DNA of 32,000 nt, taken from assembly GCF_000299365.1 (NCBI RefSeq), contig NC_018655.1, positions 1,170,001 through 1,202,000 of the forward strand, in the 5' to 3' direction. The notes beneath the pieces are model-generated. The model saw only the letters and a program-made list of their open reading frames with translations, was not told the DNA's origin and did no database searches. A program made the position numbers and the translations under genes. The stretch comes from Candidatus Nitrosopumilus koreensis AR1. GTDB taxonomy: Archaea > Thermoproteota > Nitrososphaeria > Nitrososphaerales > Nitrosopumilaceae. Shown here one piece after another: positions 26,512-32,000 of the stretch; the stretch's first letter is position 1, and every line of letters begins with the position of its first letter.

Positions 26512-27780
26512 ATGGCAAAAATTTTTGTAGAATCTTATGGATGTTCTGCAAGTTTTGCAGATTCAGAAATGATTTCAGGATTAATTCTAAATGGAGGTCA
26601 CACACTAGTAGAAGATTCTGAAGAGTCAGATCTAAACATTGTCGTCACATGTTCTGTGAAAGATGCAACAGCAAACAAGATGATTCACAGAATAAAATCA
26701 TTGAAAACAAAACCTCTTGTGGTAGCTGGTTGCTTACCAAAAGCTGAAAAAGAAACAGTTGAAAGATTTTCTGAAAATGCTAGTCTTTTAGGTCCAAATT
26801 CATTAGGTAAAACTCTTCAAGTGATTGATTCTACACTTCAAGGAAGAAAAGAGATTGCATTAGAAGACTCTGATTTATCAAAAGTAGGACTCCCAAAAGT
26901 CAGACTAAATCCAGCAGTAGGAATAGTTGAGATTGCAAGTGGGTGTATGAGCGAATGTACGTTTTGTCAAACTAAAATTTCCAAAGGCGATCTCCAAAGC
27001 TACAGACTGGGAGATATTGTTAGACAAGTAAAAACGGAAATTGATGAAGGATGTAAAGAAATTTGGTTAACATCAACTGATAACGGATGTTACGGATTGG
27101 ACATTGGAACAGATTTACCTGCATTAATTAATGCAGTTTCAGAAATTCCAGAGGACTTTATGGTTAGAGTTGGAATGATGAATCCAATGTACATGCCAAG
27201 AATTAAAGAAAAATTAATTGAATCATACGAAAATGACAAAGTCTTCAAATTTCTTCATATTCCAGTACAAAGTGGAAGTGACAAAGTACTACAGGATATG
27301 AAAAGAGGTCATACTGCAGGAACATTTAGAGAGATAGTAAAAAAGGCAAAAGAGAGATTTCCAAACTTTACTATTTCAACAGATATCATAGTAGGTTTCC
27401 CATCAGAAACAAGAGAAGACTTTGAAAAAACAGTAGAATTACTTGATGAAACAAGACCAGATGTAGTAAATTTATCAAAATATAGCGCCAGACCAGGAAC
27501 CGAAGCTGCTGAATGGGAACAAATCGATGTTGCAGAAGTAAAGTCAAGAAGCAAGGAGATTTTTGAGCAGATCAACAAAATATCGCTAGATAACAACAAA
27601 AAATGGATCGGGTGGAAAGGAAACGTCCTCTTTGATGAAAAGACAGAGGATGGCATCAAAGGTAGAAACTTTGCTTACAAGCCAGTGTTTGTTCCAGAAC
27701 AAGTAGACATAGGACAATCACATACAGTAGAAATTATCGATGCTACTCAAAACAGCCTGCTTGGAAAGATCGCAAGCTAA
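26512..27780 (+). CDS. Archaeal MtaB-like tRNA methylthiotransferase (radical SAM)
   Basis: SYGCSASFADSEMI; CMSECTFCQTKISKG radical-SAM CxxxCxxC; FLHIPVQSGSDKVLQDMKRGHT; IIVGFPSETREDFEKT; TRAM-like C-terminus. Confidence 0.92.
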   Translation: MAKIFVESYGCSASFADSEMISGLILNGGHTLVEDSEESDLNIVVTCSVKDATANKMIHRIKSLKTKPLVVAGCLPKAEKETVERFSENASLLGPNSLGKTLQVIDSTLQGRKEIALEDSDLSKVGLPKVRLNPAVGIVEIASGCMSECTFCQTKISKGDLQSYRLGDIVRQVKTEIDEGCKEIWLTSTDNGCYGLDIGTDLPALINAVSEIPEDFMVRVGMMNPMYMPRIKEKLIESYENDKVFKFLHIPVQSGSDKVLQDMKRGHTAGTFREIVKKAKERFPNFTISTDIIVGFPSETREDFEKTVELLDETRPDVVNLSKYSARPGTEAAEWEQIDVAEVKSRSKEIFEQINKISLDNNKKWIGWKGNVLFDEKTEDGIKGRNFAYKPVFVPEQVDIGQSHTVEIIDATQNSLLGKIAS

Positions 27781-27853
27781 ATTTTTTAGATCTAAAATTT
27801 GATTAAAAAAACGTAAGAAGGTTTTTTATGGAATTCAGTGAATAGGAACTGAA

Positions 27854-28804
27854 ATGAGTTTTCAAGTAAAAGAACCAATTTTAGTAATAGGTCTGGGTGG
27901 CGCAGGCTCAAAATTAGCAGTTAAGGCAAAAGATGCACTAAATTCAGATTGTCTTCTAATCAGTAATGATTCAAAGGACTTCATAGAAGAAGTGCCATCT
28001 GTTCATGTTTCAACTGATTCTGTGATAAATCCATCTATGCAATTAATCAGAGGCTCAACTTATGATGTTTCAGAAGAGATCAAGTCAAAAATTTCAGGTT
28101 ATTCTACTGTGGTAATGATGAGTAATTTGGCTGGAAAAGCAGGCTCAGCCATAGCACCAGTTGTTTCAGAAATGTGTAAGGAATCAAACAAAGGACTGAT
28201 TTCATTTGCAATTATGCCTTTCAAATACGAAAAAGATAGAATTTTCAATTCTGGTGTTGCATTAAAGAGAGTTAGAGAAAACTCTGAATGTACTGTTGTG
28301 CTTGATAACGATTCATTACTTGAGAGCAATCCAGATTTGACTCCAAAAGCATGCTATGATATTGCAAACTCTGCAATAATACACGTAGTTGAATCACTTG
28401 GAGCCTCAGAGATGGCTTCTGAGACAAATATTCTTACAACAAGCAAAGACGGACAAAATATCGAAGATTCGCTTAGAGATTCACTAAAAATGCTATATGA
28501 AAATGCCCCACCAAATACAGTAAAGCGTTCAATGCTATATGTCGTAGGAGGAAGCAATATTCCAGTAGGAGTATTAAATTCAATTACAAATCTTACAAGC
28601 GGAATTCTAAATGAGAGTAATTCACAAATTGATATGACTTCAACTACCGAAGAATCTAAAGTAGTGATGTTGTCATCCATTCAAGGAATGACAAAATTTG
28701 ATAATTATGATCCTCTTGGGATGATTTCACAAGAAAATACACTTGACTGGGTTACACCAGATTGTAGTATTGATTGTAAACTAGATTTACCACAACTAGA
28801 ATAA
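27854..28804 (+). CDS. Divergent FtsZ/tubulin-superfamily-like protein with degenerate GTP-binding signature
   Basis: ILVIGLGGAGSKLAVKA; LAGKAGSAIAPVVSEMCKE aligned with GGGTGTGAAPVVAE; IMPFKYEKDRIFNSGVALKRVRENSECTVVLDNDSLL. Confidence 0.75.
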   Translation: MSFQVKEPILVIGLGGAGSKLAVKAKDALNSDCLLISNDSKDFIEEVPSVHVSTDSVINPSMQLIRGSTYDVSEEIKSKISGYSTVVMMSNLAGKAGSAIAPVVSEMCKESNKGLISFAIMPFKYEKDRIFNSGVALKRVRENSECTVVLDNDSLLESNPDLTPKACYDIANSAIIHVVESLGASEMASETNILTTSKDGQNIEDSLRDSLKMLYENAPPNTVKRSMLYVVGGSNIPVGVLNSITNLTSGILNESNSQIDMTSTTEESKVVMLSSIQGMTKFDNYDPLGMISQENTLDWVTPDCSIDCKLDLPQLE

Positions 28805-29119
28805 AACTTTGTCTTCAACTTTTGGAGTTTCTTTTTCGGTAGTTACTTTAGATTCAATTTCTTCCTCATATGGAGAAACAAGAACATAGCCCTCGTCAGT
28901 CTTGCTCATTCGAACTCTAATTTTTCTTGGAGGGCTACGAATTCCTTTTGCCCAAATTTGATGAGCCAAGTCTTCTTCAATTTTAATATCTTCAACTTTC
29001 ATGTGATGACGAGCAAATTCTTTAATCATGTTAATTGCTCTGACTGCTCTATGTTGTGATTGTGAGAGCAATACTTTGCCGAGATTAATTGTATAAACAC
29101 GTTCTAATTCTTGAGACAT
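28796..29119 (-). CDS. rpl31e: 50S ribosomal protein L31e
   Basis: ERVYTINLGKVLLSQSQHRAVRAINMIKEFARHHMKVEDIKIEEDLAHQIWAKGIRSPPRKIRVRMSK. Confidence 0.93.
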   Translation of the reverse strand: MSQELERVYTINLGKVLLSQSQHRAVRAINMIKEFARHHMKVEDIKIEEDLAHQIWAKGIRSPPRKIRVRMSKTDEGYVLVSPYEEEIESKVTTEKETPKVEDKVLF

Positions 29120-29278
29120 CTATCCTACCTCCACATCAGTTGATCTCCAAGCTCTACGTTTTGGATTTGTTCTAACACTTCTCTTTGTTTTGAGAATAAT
29201 CCAAGCTGGTACAGGTGATGCCTGTTTTGTTTTTTTCAACAGACGAATTTTCCTTGGAGAGGACTTACGTGCAGCCAT
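29120..29278 (-). CDS. rpl39e: 50S ribosomal protein L39e
   Basis: MAARKSSPRKIRLLKKTKQASPVPAWIILKTKRSVRTNPKRRAWRSTDVEVG*. Missing from the ORF track because it is under 60 aa. Confidence 0.93.
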   Translation of the reverse strand: MAARKSSPRKIRLLKKTKQASPVPAWIILKTKRSVRTNPKRRAWRSTDVEVG

Positions 29279-29315
29279 AGTTTTTCAGGCACGAAGAGCT
29301 CTTTTTAAATGAATC

Positions 29316-29867
29316 TCAGGATTTTAGGCCACTATGAATTTGTTTTAGTATTCTAGCAGAAGCACCCCATACTATTTTGTTTTGATACTCAAATGTATAC
29401 ATCTCTTGAATGATGTTATGAGTGGGATTAGGGTCTTGTGCCATAGTTTTCAAAAAAGACTCCAAAGGTATATGAAAAATTTTTTCAACTTCACAGTTTG
29501 CAGAAAGTTTGGGTATTTCATTAACAACAGAAATGAAGGGCAAGATAAGAAAACCAGAGTTCAATGTAACCACAGGATCTAATTGTCCTACAACCTGATC
29601 TCGGGTAATGGTCAACCCAATCTCTTCACTAGTTTCACGAAGTGCAGTATCAAGAAGATCAGAATCACTAGTATCCAGTTTTCCTCCAGGAAAAGATATT
29701 TCGCCTGCATGAAATTTCATATTTTTTGGTTTCTCAGTCATCACAACCTTTGGTTCCTGTCCATAAATTACAACAAGGATTGAAGCCAAACGATATTTTT
29801 TAGTATTTTCTAAAATAGGATCAATCGGAGTAGAAAATAGGGATTCAATTTTTTCCAGTGTTAACAT
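29316..29867 (-). CDS. Nudix hydrolase (CoA/NDP pyrophosphatase-like)
   Basis: ISFPGGKLDTSDSDLLDTALRETSEEIGLT Nudix box. Confidence 0.9.
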   Translation of the reverse strand: MLTLEKIESLFSTPIDPILENTKKYRLASILVVIYGQEPKVVMTEKPKNMKFHAGEISFPGGKLDTSDSDLLDTALRETSEEIGLTITRDQVVGQLDPVVTLNSGFLILPFISVVNEIPKLSANCEVEKIFHIPLESFLKTMAQDPNPTHNIIQEMYTFEYQNKIVWGASARILKQIHSGLKS

Positions 29868-29936
29868 TACTTTCCCACTTTTCCATATCGGTTTTAGTAT
29901 TCAAAGGTTTTAACCAAGGATACAAAAAATTACAAT

Positions 29937-30674
29937 ATGACAATTAGATATGAAGCTAATCCTCCTAAAATTTTACCTAATGTAGATACAGACGAATCGA
30001 TAAAGAAATTCATTGAGAAGATAAAAAGTATTTCAAAAAAATGTGACGCAATTCATCTTACAGAAAATGTGTTAGGATATCAAAGAGTATCTCCATTAGA
30101 CGTAGGAAAAATAATAAGAAAAGAAATTCCAGATTTGCCAATAACAGTCAGTCTTAGAGTTAGAGATAAGACCGAAGAAGAAATTTCACAGTTTGTAGAA
30201 AAATGTATTGATATTAGTTTTTCAGGAATTCTGGTTTTGATGGGAGACCCCTCACAAACAGGTAAAACCGATTCAGGTCAAATTCCAAGTTTGACTGTAA
30301 AAAAATTAAGAGAAAAGAACATTGATTCAAAAATTGATTTGTACCTTTCAGTATCAAACAAACCAAATTTTTCAAAACTTGAAAAGAAACTTAATGCAAA
30401 ACCAAAAGGATTCATGACTCAAGTGGTACAAAACATACAGCAAGTACAAGACTTATCAGATAACCTAAAAGAATTTTCAGTTATTCCAATCATATTATTT
30501 CCCTCACAAAAAAATGAAAAATCTGCAAAGTTTTTGAATTTGGATTTAGAGTCATATAGTCAAGGATTTGAAGAATTGTTAAAAAAATCACATAAAATTA
30601 CAGGGGATATTCTAATTACATCTCCAAATGATTTTACAGGATTAAACGAGTTTTTGAGTAAAATAACTTTCTAA
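29937..30674 (+). CDS. Methylenetetrahydrofolate reductase-like protein
   Basis: TIRYEANPPK...CDAIHLTENVLGYQRVSPLDVGKIIRKE...LVLMGDPSQTG; convergent with the metH fragment. Confidence 0.72.
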   Translation: MTIRYEANPPKILPNVDTDESIKKFIEKIKSISKKCDAIHLTENVLGYQRVSPLDVGKIIRKEIPDLPITVSLRVRDKTEEEISQFVEKCIDISFSGILVLMGDPSQTGKTDSGQIPSLTVKKLREKNIDSKIDLYLSVSNKPNFSKLEKKLNAKPKGFMTQVVQNIQQVQDLSDNLKEFSVIPIILFPSQKNEKSAKFLNLDLESYSQGFEELLKKSHKITGDILITSPNDFTGLNEFLSKITF

Positions 30675-32000
30675 AGTACAAAGTATTGTGCTTTAGGATG
30701 ATGCACCACCATTGCTGCAGTAGATTGTTCAGGAATTATTTGACCTGATTCGGTTAATTCCATTCCAGATTTTTCAGGTTCCAAGAGTTTCCATACCAAA
30801 TTATGTTGCATTACATCAGGACAACTAGGAAAACCCCAAGAGTATCTCAATCCACCTTTATCTAAATTCAATTCAGATTTTATTTTTCGATTAATCCATT
30901 CAGCTAGTGCTTCTGCAACTTCAACTGCCAATCCATGAAGATAGTATGCATCAGTGTATTTGTCTTCTTGATTCCATTGTTCAATAATATCTGCAACTTT
31001 GTTTCCAACTGTGACTGCCTGAAATGCAACAACATCATCATCACCAAAATAATCAGTTAAACACAAGTGTTCAGGTTTAGTAGAACGAGGAAAATCAAAT
31101 TCTACATCATCACCATGAGGATTATCTACAAGTAATTTTCCATCTTTGTTATGGCATTTGAAATATCCATAAACCACTTCAGGTTCAAATAATTTTTCTC
31201 GAATAATTCTAATCTTCCATTGGTTAAGCAGTTGTTCATGATCTGCTTCTGATTCAGAACCTGCTTTACCCCTAAGACCCCAAGAAAGTTTGAAGAGTGA
31301 TTTTTTATCAATTAATTGCCATACTTCGTCCATCTTTATTTGATCTGATTTTAGACGAATTGGTTCACCGATAATTTTTGGAGTAGGGGCAGACACAGGT
31401 TTTATTTCACTTTTTGGAAGACTAGCAGGATCAACTTTTGCAGTGGATTTTTCTTTCCAGTTTTCTAATTTCTCCTTCCATTGTGATAAGAGTTTTGGTT
31501 TTTCATCAGAAATCAGAGCATCCATTGTTTTTAGTCCTTCAAACATTGTATTACAGTAAAAAACTCCGGACTCGTAGATTCCATCTTCTTTTGCAATTCG
31601 ATTAATGTAATTGCTGTTAATTGCTGCACCTCCACAAAGAATTGGGATGTTCATTTTGTTTTTTCTGGCATGCTCTACAAAGAATTGCATTTGTTTTGAA
31701 GTAGAAACTAACAATGCAGAAAGACCAACAGCATCAGGATTTACTTCGTCGATTTTTTCAATGAATTTTTGTAATGGAACCTGTTTTCCAAGATCATAAA
31801 CTGTGTAACCATTATTTTGGAAGATAGTTTTTACCAAATTCTTTCCAATGTCATGGACATCACCATATACAGTACCTAAAACAAGCTTGCCTTTGCTTGA
31901 TCCCTCTTCTTTGACAAGATACTTTTCCAATTCTCCAACCGATGCTTTCATGCATTCGGCAGATTTTAAAACAAATGGAAGAATTAATTCTCCTGCACCA
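30671..32000 (-). CDS. metH: Methionine synthase B12-binding and reactivation domains (truncated by the right window edge)
   Basis: In-frame upstream residues GAGELILPFVLKSAECMKASVGELE, then DVHDIGKN cobalamin-binding motif, GLSALLVSTS, and GGLRYSWGFPSCPDVMQHNLVWKLL...MVVHHPKAQYF activation domain. Confidence 0.92.
   Translation of the reverse strand, partial: GAGELILPFVLKSAECMKASVGELEKYLVKEEGSSKGKLVLGTVYGDVHDIGKNLVKTIFQNNGYTVYDLGKQVPLQKFIEKIDEVNPDAVGLSALLVSTSKQMQFFVEHARKNKMNIPILCGGAAINSNYINRIAKEDGIYESGVFYCNTMFEGLKTMDALISDEKPKLLSQWKEKLENWKEKSTAKVDPASLPKSEIKPVSAPTPKIIGEPIRLKSDQIKMDEVWQLIDKKSLFKLSWGLRGKAGSESEADHEQLLNQWKIRIIREKLFEPEVVYGYFKCHNKDGKLLVDNPHGDDVEFDFPRSTKPEHLCLTDYFGDDDVVAFQAVTVGNKVADIIEQWNQEDKYTDAYYLHGLAVEVAEALAEWINRKIKSELNLDKGGLRYSWGFPSCPDVMQHNLVWKLLEPEKSGMELTESGQIIPEQSTAAMVVHHPKAQYFVL

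Noticed and set aside
28354-28680. 108-aa minus-strand ORF
   Set aside because: Antisense inside the well-supported FtsZ-like gene, with no independent motif.
1-32000. tRNA/rRNA genes, transposases, integrases, phage genes
   Set aside because: None could be recognised by eye in the intergenic regions or ORFs. A tRNAscan/Infernal run would be needed to exclude intron-containing tRNAs or guide RNAs.

Overview
This 32 kb window looks like an ordinary chromosomal region of an ammonia-oxidising thaumarchaeon (Nitrosopumilus-like). That placement rests on protein features: AOA-type NirK/multicopper oxidase, L15e/L31e/L39e, an archaeal MtaB-like methylthiotransferase, a degenerate FtsZ-like protein, thrombospondin-3 and blue-copper secreted proteins, and low GC. 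From left to right it holds: the tail of a secreted/surface protein; the nurA-herA-mre11-rad50 repair operon, with nurA and rad50 both frameshifted; a tandem cupredoxin lipoprotein-like protein; HEAT-repeat, redoxin, CFI-box and L15e genes; a large secreted protein with TSP3 repeats and an HExxH-containing Cys/His domain; UspA; a Met-rich membrane protein; Hsp20 followed by a chain of Cys-rich microproteins; a tandem AsnC/RAM protein; a cluster of very small zinc-finger/CxxC/TM proteins; DUF106/EMC3; secreted proteins; SerA; NirK; a fumarase/aspartase family enzyme; MtaB; an FtsZ-like protein; L31e/L39e; Nudix; an MTHFR-like protein; and the C-terminal part of MetH, cut by the window edge. The strongest previously unannotated signal I see is a 13-bp palindrome, TTAACA-W-TGTTAA. 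It occurs exactly five times within 17.5-20.1 kb, plus two one-mismatch copies, mostly just upstream of TATA-like boxes of leaderless small genes. Two copies form a 28-bp inverted repeat (27/28 identical) around a two-gene microprotein cassette. The second notable signal is two lesions in one repair operon: a 28-bp tandem duplication in rad50 and an A8-tract frameshift in nurA. I found no CRISPR array, tRNA, rRNA or transposase.
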